Assembly: GCA_012295275.1 (NCBI GenBank)
Contig: CM022678.1
Location: 18,600,001-18,664,000, forward strand
DNA length: 64,000 nucleotides
Reading direction: 5' to 3'
Source of the DNA: Chrysomallon squamiferum
Taxonomy: Eukaryota; Animalia; Mollusca
In this document: positions 1 to 24,930 of the stretch, one piece after another
Numbering within the stretch: the stretch's first letter is position 1
Layout of the letters: each line of letters begins with the position of its first letter
Made by a program: the position numbers and the translations under genes
The notes under the pieces: model-generated
Seen by the model: only the letters and a program-made list of their open reading frames with translations
Told to the model about the DNA's origin: nothing
The model's database searches: none

Positions 1-1369
1 CGTAGTAGACGTCGGTCTTGCTCTGTGACTGAGCGGTTACCGAGGACGGGCCGATGACGGAGGACCCGTAAACCCCGGCTTTCTGTTTTTTCAGATTCTG
101 ACAAGACTGCTTCACGGAATAGAACGAGTCGTCCGAGCTGTCAGATTCGCTCGTGCTTTCGCTCAGTGACGTCAAAGATTCCGAGTCAGAGGTGACAGCG
201 TGCAGGTTCGTTCGAGACGCGAAATTGTCGTCCTCGCTGGTGAGGCTGTCCTTTTTCTTTCGTGGAATTCTTTTTCTTTTTCTAAATTTGTTCAAAAAAC
301 TGTTGCCGTTTTCCAAGCTGGGGACGCTGCTGTTTTGTCTCAGTGAATCCATTTTTTCTGGAACTTTAGTCACAAGAAACGAGTTGTTTTTTGTCCAGGA
401 AAGGCTCGAATTTTCTATTATTGCAAAAATTCTGTCTGACAGTTTTTTCACAATAGAGACATCACTTTGGGCACTGGCGTGACTGACGCCGTCTTTCCGC
501 GGCGATTCTTTTTCTGTGCTCTTTAAAACGTCGTCGTTGCTGCTGACGTTGTCAGTTTCTTTGTTTGGCGACGTGATGATACTAAAGTCGTCATCTTTGG
601 CAAAGTTTACTTTTTCTTTTGACGACTGACAGCTTTTTATACTGGCCGTTCGTTCTCGGGAGAGTTTATTTGCCATCTTCTTGCTCACGATTATACCTCT
701 GCCCATCAGGAGGTAAAGAACAATAAGGATGAGCGTTATTATTATGAACGCAAGCCACATGACCGAGAAGAAGACGATCGAGTGCAGCGTGTTGTCGTAC
801 TTCTCCGTGACGCTGCAGATGATTCCAGTGACGTTGTGGGAGGGAATGGCGAGATGCGTTGATCCGTAAATGAGAAGAGAAGGCCAGGACAGGGCAATGC
901 CGAACAGAAACGACAGACAACAGGCCATCTTGGAATCCTGACTGCTTATTGGGTTCTTCTCCGGTCTGCACACGCGTATGTATCTGTCCACTGCTATGAC
1001 GAGGTAGACGGCAGACGAGGTGTTGCTCATCACGTAGTTTGTGAACCGAGACATCCTGCAAAGTATGCCGTCGTCGAAGTAGTACAGGTTACGGAGAATG
1101 AGCACCTCCGTTGGCATGGTGACGACGGTGTTGACGAAGTCGACGATTCCAAGACACAGCAGGTAGTACTTTAATGACGTCTCCCGCCAACGGAATCCGA
1201 AAATGTAAATACAAAGCGTGTTTCCGAGCACTCCTATTACCATCAGCGTAACTGTGTACACCACCACTGGCATCAGTGAGATAAACTTTTCCATATTCAG
1301 TCGCCGAATCATCTCCATTTGACCCGAAGAACTGTTCATGAGGTTTGCTGCAACCGAAACATTCGCCAT
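1..1369 (-). CDS. Rhodopsin-family (class A) GPCR, peptide-receptor-like; partial, 3' end lies beyond the left edge of the window
   Basis: Manual translation from the ATG at 1369 is open to base 1, so there is no stop and it is missing from the ORF track. MANVSVAANLMNSS (N-glycosylation sequons), TM1 VYTVTLMVIGVLGNTLCIYIF, TM2 YLLCLGIVDFVNTVVTMP, TM3 LCRMSRF...YLVIAVDRYIRVCRP (DRY), TM4 LFGIALSWPSLLIYG, ECL2 Cys, TM5 VMWLAFIIITLILIVLYLLMG, then a long Ser/Lys-rich third intracellular loop. Splice acceptor (tatttcAG) near 1467, upstream of the ATG. Confidence 0.9.
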   Translation of the reverse strand, partial: MANVSVAANLMNSSSGQMEMIRRLNMEKFISLMPVVVYTVTLMVIGVLGNTLCIYIFGFRWRETSLKYYLLCLGIVDFVNTVVTMPTEVLILRNLYYFDDGILCRMSRFTNYVMSNTSSAVYLVIAVDRYIRVCRPEKNPISSQDSKMACCLSFLFGIALSWPSLLIYGSTHLAIPSHNVTGIICSVTEKYDNTLHSIVFFSVMWLAFIIITLILIVLYLLMGRGIIVSKKMANKLSRERTASIKSCQSSKEKVNFAKDDDFSIITSPNKETDNVSSNDDVLKSTEKESPRKDGVSHASAQSDVSIVKKLSDRIFAIIENSSLSWTKNNSFLVTKVPEKMDSLRQNSSVPSLENGNSFLNKFRKRKRIPRKKKDSLTSEDDNFASRTNLHAVTSDSESLTSLSESTSESDSSDDSFYSVKQSCQNLKKQKAGVYGSSVIGPSSVTAQSQSKTDVYY

Positions 1370-1507
1370 GATGACCTACCTACTTTCTGCCGTTACTGAC
1401 TTACAACATGTAACGGTTTCTTTCCAGAGCGAGTCTGCATAAATTATTGTTTCTAGTCAGTAAATCCTGAAATACGCAAAAACAAACTGTAAATGACAAC
1501 CTTCCTA

Positions 1508-1613
<106 letters not shown>

Positions 1614-1760
1614 ATTATTTATATATGTATCCTTATATATGTTGTAGGTGTAAGCCTGTATGTACTCTATTTTTATTTAAGTTTACTACTGCTAAGAATA
1701 GCAAATGTTTGTAGTTCTAATCAAAATAGTCAAACGATAATCAGATTACATTAGTTAATA

Positions 1761-1816
<56 letters not shown>

Positions 1817-2189
1817 TAATAATAATCAAATAAAAAACGTTGTAGTTAAAAAAATGCACTAAGATTAATGAGATTCTTTTTTTTATTATTTAATTATTAT
1901 TTTTATTATTATTTTTTAATGCTTTTTTAATTACATATTTAGAAAGTTAAAAAGAGAAATATTTCTAATTTTATGTGTTAGATATATATTGTTGATATTA
2001 TATATATATATATATATATGCACACACGTTTTGCAGTAATTACAAATGAATCCAGCGGAAACTGTGCAGTGACTGTTGAATGTAGAAAACTTTGAACAAA
2101 TAATATTACACTAAAAGCGATGTTTGTCAATATTATACAATCCTTCCGCACACAATTAACTGATTTTGTTTTTCTAATGACCATTAAAA

Positions 2190-2845
2190 ATACTCAAATG
2201 CTCAAAGAGCGATACAGTTTGCAGTATTAAACTTTCTTCATTATATAACCATTAAACTGATATTATCCTTGCAACCAGTATTAATCCTGCAATATCTTAA
2301 TAGCGATAGTTTCCCTTGTTTTTAGAAATTTAACAGATTATTTTCTAGGAAGCAGTATTACTGAAAATACGATTCTTAGTAATATTAAACTTTCCCTCAT
2401 ATATTAAAAGTAAATAGATATTGTCCCAGGAATGAGTAAAAATACTAAAATACTCAAATACTCAAATGACGATATTTTCTACATACATTAAAAATGAAAT
2501 AAATGTTGTTCTTATCTACTGTAAAAATACTGCAATATTCTGGTAGCGAAATTTAGCTATATTAAACTTTCCCTTATAAATGAAATTAAATAAATATTTT
2601 TTTCTAGGAACCAGTAACAGTACACAAATAGTACAAATCAGGTATTTTGCAATAATAAACGTTCTTCGCACAGAAAAATAAACTAATATTATTCTAGGAA
2701 CCAATAATGATGTCGAAACACTCAGTTTTGCAGTACTGAACTTTCTTTACACATAAATATTAAACTGATATAGTTATTGTAACCAGTTACAATACTGAAA
2801 TACTATAAAAGCAATATTTTGCAGAATTAAACTTTCCATTGATAT
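2190..2845. repeat. Degenerate ~85-90 bp tandem repeat
   Basis: Recurring motif gcagtattaaactttc...attaaactgatatt...ctaggaaccagta near 2221, 2381, 2558, 2650, 2730 and 2821. Confidence 0.6.
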
Positions 2846-2889
2846 GACATTTGAAGAACAAAATCCTAAACAGGTACTATCGTGGAAAA

Positions 2890-3268
2890 TGACGTCACGG
2901 AAATCCTGGATTGTAAAATGGTTATTTAACATATTTCACACTTTTTGTAAGTATACAATTTAATTAAACATACCTTATTCAGTGTCCATCGAAAGATAAC
3001 AACAATAACAAGTCATAGAATTTTGAATTGTTGCCATTTATCCAACGTACATCGTTTACATCTGTTTTCTTTTGCTTTTTTACACTAGATATTGTGCTTT
3101 CTAAGATTGTGATTTCTAAATTATAACTGTATGCAACCTGTTATTTGTTTTGATTACACCTTTTCAGCAGAAATGAGATAACGAAATATAAAGAGAAGTA
3201 ACATTGACGATAATGACGTCAGAAAAAATTATCATAAAGGCATGGCCGGTTTCCTGCAGATGACGTCA
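2890..3268. promoter_or_regulatory. Three perfect CRE palindromes (TGACGTCA) around a possible 5' non-coding exon of the GPCR
   Basis: TGACGTCA at 2890, 3214 and 3261; minus-strand donor-like AAG|GTATGT at ~2974. Function is inference. Confidence 0.3.
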
Positions 3269-3360
3269 CAACACCTTATGAAAACACTACTTTCCTTCAG
3301 AAAATAAAAGACAAAAAAAAAAAAAAAACAAATAAAAAAAAAAAAAAAAAAGAAATAAAA

Positions 3361-3394
<34 letters not shown>

Positions 3395-3517
3395 AATAAT
3401 TAATAATAATAATAAAAAAAAAAAAAAATGATAATAATATTAAATCGTTTAAGAATGAACAGGAAATGCAAATCATTTTAGATATCAGTAACCCAGGCAT
3501 GCTACATTCACAAACAG

Positions 3518-3560
<43 letters not shown>

Positions 3561-3706
3561 GTGTATGTGTGTGTGTATATATGTGTGTGTGTATGTGTGA
3601 TCTACTCTGTCATGATTTTTTCAGTAATTTATGTTACACAATAAAATATATTTGTATATATATAAGTATAAGATATTTGTTGCATAAGCTTATCATATAC
3701 AATAAA

Positions 3707-3810
3707 TATTATTTGTGATGTATAATAATAGGGAAAAACATTATTTGTGATGTATAATAATAGGGAAAAACATTATTTGTGATGTGTAATAATAGGGAAT
3801 AACATTATTA
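3707..3810. repeat. 3x 32-bp tandem repeat
   Basis: cattatttgtgatgtataataatagggaaaaa repeated about three times. Confidence 0.85.
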
Positions 3811-4121
3811 GTTTGGTATAATGAATATATCGTTTGGTGAATTAGTTACGTAAAATATACAGAATAGTAAGCTAGTCAAATTTTACATTTGTGACGTAAG
3901 TTTGTTTATTCCTTGTTTTAGAACACGGAAAACATCAAATACAATGACTAATGGAGAAAGCGCTGTTACGTGAAACATTTTCCTCTTCAAATAAATCACA
4001 GAGTAATCTAAAGATGTCTACGAAATTAACTTTACAAATGTTTCGAACTGCATTGCATTGCATCACAACATACATCATCCTTTGTCTGTCTCTGTGGTTT
4101 TTTTTTTTTTCTCTCTCTTTC

Positions 4122-4175
<54 letters not shown>

Positions 4176-4328
4176 TACACAAATAAATACACACACAGTC
4201 CTACATGCATTAAATATATTCACACAAACAAACATGCTATGTACATATATTACAGGCAGAGAAAAATGGACATAAATATTATAGCAAATATATACGCACA
4301 CATAAGTATGACAGCTATATACACAGGT

Positions 4329-4501
<173 letters not shown>

Positions 4502-5102
4502 ATTCCAAGGTGAGATACTTAACTCTTCTAACGCGTTTTGATTCGCTTTCGCAAGGAGGAAAACAATGCAAGAAGAAGAAAGAGAAAAGAAAATGGCGTG
4601 TTGAATTGACGGTGTCGCGAAATTACCATTGGCGGATGAAAACAGATCAAGTTAAGAATGATGTTTTAATGGTGATTTATAAGAATGGAATCTGCTTTAT
4701 TTGAAACATTACAGTTCAGGTTTTACACGTGCCAAAATTAGACAAAGCGAACAGGAGGCGAGAAACGTGATTAATAAAAAGAACGGTAACTCCAATCATT
4801 AACAAGAATGATAACCACAAATTATTAAAACAAATAATAATAATGAAATGAAATAAAATAAAATAAAATAAAATAAATAAATACAAAAACAACAACAAAC
4901 AAACAAACGAAAAACCCCAGTAAAAGAAACCCTAGAAACCTCCATTTAATAGTAAATAAGCACAAACAATGACATACCTATAAGTATGATGATGATGATA
5001 ACGAAAATAGTAACAAAAATATCACTACTACTACTACTATTATTTCTGCAACAAATATTGCTGATAATAATGAAGGTGATTATGTTAAATGATCATTATA
5101 GC

Positions 5103-5166
<64 letters not shown>

Positions 5167-6100
5167 GAGATCCACAAGAATATTTCTGACTTTGATCCAG
5201 GAGATGATGAAAAACGACACAACTGCATTTCCTGTAATTATGTAAAACAATTAAATCGATTTCTAAATCACACAAAGTGAGCGGATCCCGTAGTTTGAAC
5301 CGCGTACACAACAGACGAAAACTAAACGCAGTTGCTACGGTTACGAATAAACCCCAACAAAACCGAAACAAAAATTAAAATAAATAAAGGTAAAATATTT
5401 ATTATCGGTACTACGTCCTTTGCGATTATCATAATTGATGTGAGTAGAATGTGGACAGTTTAGGTCTAGAAGAAACAAACAAATATAAAATAATAATAAT
5501 AATAATAATAATAAAACAAAAAATAAAAAAAAATAAAAAAAAAAATAGAAAATAATAATAATAACAAGTAAATGGAACAAAAATGTGATAAATGTGTCAG
5601 AGTTATTTCCCTTGAAGAGTACTTTGGTTTATTGCGTTTACCAGTTGGAAAAAGGTCTGAAAAAAAAAAAATAAAATAAAAAAAATAAAACAAAAATAAA
5701 AGTAATAAACATAATAATAATAATGAAACGTCGAAGAAACAGATGAATATTATGTTTATTTTCCATTTAATATCTTGTAAGTAAGCATTATTAACATTAT
5801 AAAACACACCTGTATTTGCACGTGTATGTGTGTATTTATACATGCACATAAGCGCGCTCACGCGCAGACACACAATACATATTATATACACATATTTACT
5901 TTTACATATTTATGGACTATATTTCTATGCACATACATACAGACACGCAGTTTGTTAAAAGTCAAGTTAATAACATTGATACCAAAAATGAAATAACACT
6001 AGTAATGTAATAACAATAATAAATCTTTTTTTTTTTTTTTAAATATATGTATACACATACACACATAAATACATATGGCGATAAAGAATATATATTATCA

Positions 6101-6175
<75 letters not shown>

Positions 6176-6635
6176 ATATTTCCCGTTCCAACCAGAGCCT
6201 CCTCAATCTAAAGTACTGCTATTAATATCGACTTATGTCTCACTAAATTTAAAAGATTTCTCAGCAGGAAAGTATGGAATAATAGACTTCCTCCCTCATC
6301 TGTAGTCATTTGATGTGGTAGCTGTAAAGACAGTATCTGAAGCTATCGATAACCCCTCATGATTAGAACTTGATAACCCCTACAAACATGACTTTCTCCG
6401 TTTAGATACTGGATACTGAACGTTCCTGTTCTGACGTCACAAAATCGGCTATGACGCGATGGTATAGAGCTGAAATTTAAGATTTTTTCCATTCCTTTTC
6501 ATTACTAGTTTTTCAAATGTTACTCTCTGACGTCCTAGTTCGTTTGCTGACGTCATTAAAACATCCACATTCGTTGTTGCCCTGGTTTTTGCACAGTTGG
6601 AAATTTAAAACAAAAATATAATACAAAATGAAACT

Positions 6636-17382
<10,747 letters not shown>

Positions 17383-18114
17383 GTTTCACCTTATTTCATA
17401 AACTTGCTGAAATACAATGGAAAAAAAAAATTACATGATTTTATTTAAAATGAATAAATAAACGAAAGAACATTTCGAGTATTTAAATTTAAAATAAATC
17501 CAGTCAGTTATATTTAAGCAGGGTATTTTTTTTTTTTTTTTTTTTCCTGCACGGAAACAATACAGAAATATTAAATGTCACAACAGAGATAAACAGGCAA
17601 GTTCACAAACATAGATAAATAGTAGAAAAAAAAAAAGGTCGAAAGATACGTAACAAAAATAGAGTCGAAGAAGCAAACAATATATTTCAGTCATACTGAA
17701 TAGTTATCAGTAATATAATTAAGCTAAAGGAAAAAAATAGAAAAAAAAATATATGTTCGATGTAATTATTTTCGTGACTGAATGAGCTAACATTTCCCAA
17801 AATGACAAGTAATCAATATTGTAATCTTTATTTTTGTAAAGATTTTTAAATTGTGAGATTGTTGTGGATTCAGAAAAGAAATATGTTAGTACTTAGACAA
17901 TTTTTTTTTTTTTTTTTTAATTTACATTAATTTGTATGGAAAAATGAAAATAGATCATTTTAATCAAGAAAATGTTAGATACTTGCTCTGTTTTACCATA
18001 AAGGCTGTCTACGGCGATTTCAGTTTAATAATGTTTCAGTTACCTTCTTTAACACAATTGCATTGCATTAGAAAATGCTGTAGTCCCATTTTGTTGTTGT
18101 GTGTATATACAGAG

Positions 18115-18883
<769 letters not shown>

Positions 18884-19565
18884 TAAAACAAAATGTCAAC
18901 GATACAGATCCACCTTCTTTTTGTTGTCTTTCAAATACCACTGAAACTGAGCCTCACTGTGTTTGCGTCACACCTCAGTGACTTATCTATGAAAAGTGCA
19001 CTGTGCCTGTAACCCCACTTATCACCAAATTTAAAAAAAAAAAAAAAAAACATTTAACAGATGACAAATTTCAAAAAGCTTACCTTTAGTCAACCTTCAA
19101 TTAAACCCCGAACTTCTAAAACTCTGAACATGCGCGCCGCTGTCTTACAACGTCAGCCTGTGTTTTCTCCACTCTGCTCAGTTTTTATCTCAAACGTTTT
19201 CTTTTCGTTCTGGATGAAAAACTGAGAACACCTTAAGGTCGCTGTCTGCTCAAAGAATGACTGTGCAGTAAAATGTTAATGGTGTCCAGTTCGAGGTATG
19301 TACAGCTGTTTAATTAGAGTAGTCGCATCCAAGACCTTTGGCCTCCGTAGCTGTATAGAATGTCCCGATTTGCTTACATAATACTTTTGTTTTTCAGCGT
19401 CTTGTACACAGTTTCATTGTCTAAGGTTTATCACGTTATACGTAATCGTTGTAAATAAACGGGTTTTTATCAAAATTTGTGTTTGTTTATTTGTTCATTC
19501 GTTCATAATCTCTACCTTTCCTCTATCTTTTTTCTCTCTGTCTCTCTTTCATGACCTCCTTCCAG

Positions 19566-19686
<121 letters not shown>

Positions 19687-19757
19687 TCTCTCTTAGAAGT
19701 CCTGTTCGTATTCTAATATGTTTAGTCTGTTACTACTGTAATAATAATTATTATTAT

Positions 19758-19809
<52 letters not shown>

Positions 19810-19865
19810 GTAATAACAGTAATAATAATAATGATAATAACAACAACAACAACAACAACAACAAC

Positions 19866-19918
<53 letters not shown>

Positions 19919-21439
19919 CAACAACAATAGCAATAAGTCGTAAAAATTCCTGTGGAAGGCTACAGTGTCTGTGTTTTGTTTCGTTTTTCTTCAGCAACTC
20001 GTCTCCCATGTCCCGCTGTGTCACGTGTGAATCGAAGCGTGCTAGATTCAGTTTGTAAGATTAGTCTTCTTTTCTTCTTCTCTCTGTATCGCCTTACAAA
20101 ATGTGAGCCTTTTCGCAGTCCTCGGTTTCCATCATACAGCGTATTCAGTCATCCCATCAGTCAGGCACTCGCCTTTCATTTTCAACTCACTGATTCATAC
20201 TGCCTTTTTTTCAAAATTTTCTTTGCTTAATTCTAAATCTAAAATGGAGGCCATTTTTTTTTTTTTTTCATTTTTCTTCTTTCTCTCATCTTATCTGCTA
20301 TTCGTTTATTGTCGATATTTGCGACACTCAAGTTGATAATTGTCTTACCAATACAACTGCTACTACTACAGCAAAAATAAATATAAACACGTTTTTCTTA
20401 GGTTGATTTGTCTGTTTATATCCATGTTTCTGTAGCTATCTGTGATTATTATGTATTATGTATACATTAAAATATACATATATGTGTATATATATATATA
20501 TATATATGTATACATATACATGTACACACACGTATATATATATATATATACGTGTGTGTGTGTGTGTACATGTATATGGAGTTAGACCCGGATTATGTGT
20601 GAATGTAAACATGTATTTGTATATGTATGTACGTATGTATATACACACACTATATATGTACATCTGTGTGTCTTTGTGTGTATGCGTGTGTTCTCTATTT
20701 GTAGCTACAGTTAGACCTCGATTAACCGAAAAAAACCCTGCAATATGTTACTGAGATAATCGAGAAACTAAGACATACTGAAGATAATAAAAACGTATGT
20801 TTAAAGTAAACTATACTGCAATTTCATTTATTCGATACAAATATTGCTTTGCTGTTCATAGTCGGCTATGTTGATATTGTCTTTTTGTTCTTTTTTTCTT
20901 TTCATTTTCTTTAAACCGTAAAGTGAATAAAGACATCAACGATTTCAAATACTTTTAAAATCTTCTGCGTATCCATTTTTTTTTTTTTTTTTTTGTCTTT
21001 TTTAAAAAGAGACCAACATTCCTTAAGTGACCGACTGAGGGAGAACAAATAAATAAAAAATAATAAAAAAAAAAAAAAAACAGACAGATATATAGATAGA
21101 TAAATAAATAAAAAATTAGAAATACAAAAATAAAATTAAACAAAAAACAAACCGTACAATAAGAAGATTTTATACATTTATTAAAATCATATGTTATTAA
21201 ATTGTATACACAACATGTGCTGTTTATAATATAACACAGGACTGAAAGACAAATAAAACTAGTATAAAATTAGTCACAACAGGATTTGGAACTACGTAAT
21301 AAAACTAGTATAAAATTATTAACAAAACACGGATCCTGGAATAAGTATAATATAGTTAATATTCACAAAACACATATTTCGAACCAGGTCAGAATAAATT
21401 GATGCTAGGAAATATCAGCCGACAACTTTGTATGTGACA

Positions 21440-23827
21440 TCAACGCAGACGGCAGAGTTGGAGAAAGACGTTAATAAGAAATAAACTGTAAAATGTGACG
21501 TCGTGTCTGAGAGCGCTGACGTGGTTAGCAGGACACGGCTCAGAATTAGCTCGTGCAGCACCTGAATAAATAGATAGATAAGTGAATGAATGAATGAATG
21601 AATAAAAATATATATACACATATATAAATACGGAGATACACATTTATAAATATATACATATATACGTGAATAAGTAAGAAAAATACTGTTAATATATATA
21701 TATAAACACACACACATACACACACTAACAGACAGCTAATAATAATAAATAAATTACATATATATATATATATATATATATCTATATATGTGAGGGAGTG
21801 TGTTTGTGTTTCCGTATGTGTGAGTGTATGTATATGTGTCTGTGCTATTGTGTGAGTCTGTGTGTGTCTGTTTGTGTGTATCTGTCTGTGTGAGTGTGTG
21901 TGTGTGTGTCTGTTTGTGTGAGAGAGAGCGGGAGTTTGTCAGTTACCTAGACATTTAGTTAAAAGCGGTACAGTAGTTTGCCAGAACAAACACTGTCTGT
22001 ATCGAAGTCCCTGTTGTGTTGAACTGTTCAGGTCAAGATCTAGATATTTGGTTTCTTCACTCGTGAACAGAGGCCAGTTAGTCGAGTTGGCAGCGTTATT
22101 GGGATCTCTGAAACATAATATATTATTAGTTAACTTGTTGTCTGTATGAAGCATATAAAAACGCACACAAATAAAAACTAACACATACTTGTAATTACAT
22201 AGAAAAGTAAATACATATATATTTGTGTGTGTGTGTCTGTGTGTCTGAGTGAGTGTTTTTAATAAAATCTAAGCCTAACAAGCAAATGATTAAAAATATT
22301 CCTGTAATCTCATCAAAACAACTTGTGCCTTAGAAACATTCAATATAAAAACAAACAAAGCCATACTCACCCAGTTTTAGCAAAACTCGTCCAGTATTTT
22401 TGTACTTGTGTACTAACAGTTTTATCCTCTGTAGTAAACTTAAGTGTGTCGCTTCGAGTGTGTCCAAAAACTAACTCCAAGTCACAACTGTGAGTGACTC
22501 CCATGTATTCAGGATAAGGACAGACGGATGGTCTGTACTGAAGTGAGTACATGAAAACCTTGTTACCCAACTTTGAATAGGAAGTTGCGAATTCTGAAGC
22601 TGGACAAATGAACCAGAAATCCCCAAACAGTTTGTCTGACAGATCGAAATAAACCTGTCTTTGAGAAGGTACGATGGACATTTCATACTCGTTTATGATA
22701 GCAGGAACAAGAGTCAAGTCTTTCTGCATAGTTGCTGTTGCGTTGACTGCAAAAAGAAATCCTTCTCGAAATGTATTTCTGTTGTCTGACTGTAAAAATA
22801 CAGGACGTATGAATAAAGAACCTTCATTTTTGTTCACTCCAATAATAATGCTGGTGTTTTTAACGTCTCCAGCCTTAAGCATTTTTCCTGGATCTGATTT
22901 GAGAAAATATTGGTCGACAACAGGAGCCCATGGAGTTAGGTTAGTCAGAGATAGTGTTTGTTGTTTTTGAATTATTCTTTCGGTATCGATATTTTGCAAA
23001 CACCGAATCATGTCGACTTCTTTTTCTGAGGGACAACCCAGATCTTTCGCTATCTTCAGAGAAGTTGATTTTAAAGTAGACTGATCTACAGTAGCCCACA
23101 CTGCCTCTGAGGTCCCGCTCTGAATAATGGCGTACTGAAAGAGGTCACGGGAAAGGTGAGAAAACAGATGATGATTGACAGAAGCTGCGCCTGCGCTCTC
23201 ACCAAAAAGTGAAATCTTTGCAGGATTTCCTCCGAAACGTTCTATATTTTCATGAATCCACTTCAGTCCCAGAACCTGGTCCAGCATGCCCTGATTCCCG
23301 GGCGCTGCGTCACTTCCTGTGTAGAAGAATCCTAAAGCTCCGAGTCGATAGTTCATTGATGCCACTATGACGTCATTTTCAGCCGCTAACAAGTCTCCTT
23401 CGTACACGCCTATATTGATGGAACCTGTAACGAAAGCGCCTCCGTATATCCACACAAGTGTTGATAGGTTACCGGCCTGTTCAGCTGGAGTCCAGATGTT
23501 CAGGTACAAACAGTCTTCGCTGATTGTGTCCTTTAAACCCGGTGTGAGAGACAAATCTTGCATGCAGGAATTTTTCGGAGTTGTAGCATTCTTGACTTCC
23601 TCGCCCCAGGCCACTGCAGGCTCTGGTCGCTTGAAACGAAGATCACCTAGCGGTGGTTTGGCGAAGGGAATTCCATAGAACGTGTTGATGGTTTTACCTA
23701 GAACTGTCTGCTGTATCCCTTCAACTTGACCGAGTGTTGTGTTCACTACTGGTTTTGTTGCTGATATTTCTGCGACGAAGGAAAGGAAGAGTAATCCTCT
23801 CACAAACATCTTGATTATCAAGGCCAT
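21440..23827 (-). CDS. Cholinesterase-like carboxylesterase (type-B, alpha/beta hydrolase) copy 1, ~579 aa, signal peptide plus GPI-type hydrophobic tail
   Basis: Exons 23827-22371, 22107-21947, 21561-21440 (GT-AG, phases 2 and 1). Motifs: GIPFAKPPLGDLRF, SEDCLYLNIW, WIYGGAF, NYRLGALGF, GNQGMLDQ, FGESAG (Ser), NKNEG (Glu), MGVTHSCD (His). C-terminus GAARANSEPCPANHVSALRHDVTFYSLFLINVFLQLCRLR. Confidence 0.93.
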
Positions 23828-23886
23828 ATTTTAATCTGAGAAGAAATGAAATAAAATGAAATATTAGAATGGAAGACAGGGAAGTT

Positions 23887-24020
<134 letters not shown>

Positions 24021-24659
24021 ATTGGTATAGTAAATAAAATAGTGTGAGAGATACGTCTTGATAAATATGTAATTTAATTTGTAACTACATAGATATAACA
24101 AATAAATGTTAATATTTTTATTATCTTAATTCTAACGTTCAGTGTTTTTATTCCTGTGTTTGTATACTGTAACCTATTACACAACTGATTCTCTTTTATA
24201 ACTGTATTCTTGTCTGTCTTGTATTTTTAATCAATCTGACCTTGGCAAATAAATAAACTGAACAGAAATTGAATTGTAGAAATAGTAGTAGTAGTAGTAA
24301 TAGCTGCTGTACATATTATTCTCTGTGTTGTTTTTTTCAACTGCAACCATCGTCAACCAGGTAAACCGGCAACTGTGAGTAACGTGACTTCGACAGATCC
24401 TCGCTATTGGTTTTGGATATTTTAGTTTACAATTCAGCTTGTCCCGCTAAGTTCTGACACATTTTTAAATTTAGAATTTATACAAGTTGTCGATATTAAA
24501 CGGGCTATAACCATTCAGACAGTGTTGATGAATATTCCAATATTTGAATTATTTGTTAAACACTAATCAAACAGAAAAACCCCAACAAATAAACAAAAAA
24601 CAAACAAAAAAAAAACATTCAAACGGATAGCAAATATCAAATAACACCAAGTTTCGTAC

Positions 24660-24930
24660 CTGACAGCTTCACCAGACAGAGTTAATTTTTCTGTCAAAGT
24701 TTGACTGATTCTGATGTGCACACTTAAAGATTATTCCAACCACTCTCCTAGAACAAATTTAAAATGTCGATATACTAAAATTTTCAGCACTTACTTGTCA
24801 AATGAAATAATTTCTGTCAACAAGCAAAGACAAAAATTAAGAAGCCACGCATTCACCGACGGACAATCTCTCTGTTGTGGTATAGAAATGTTCGTGTAAC
24901 CCGTGTACTTCTCACAGTGACGCAGCGAAA
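24660..24930 (-). other. Probable 5' non-coding exon/promoter block of the esterase unit (homologues at ~29850, 34845, 44250, 48930)
   Basis: Conserved donor-like CAG|GTACGA at ~24660 in a block better conserved than the flanking spacer. A matching acceptor (tctcAG) lies just upstream of the copy-1 ATG. Confidence 0.5.

Noticed and set aside
153-1061. ORFs 153-482 (+) and 666-1061 (-)
   Set aside because: Antisense and alternative-frame shadows of the GPCR reading frame.
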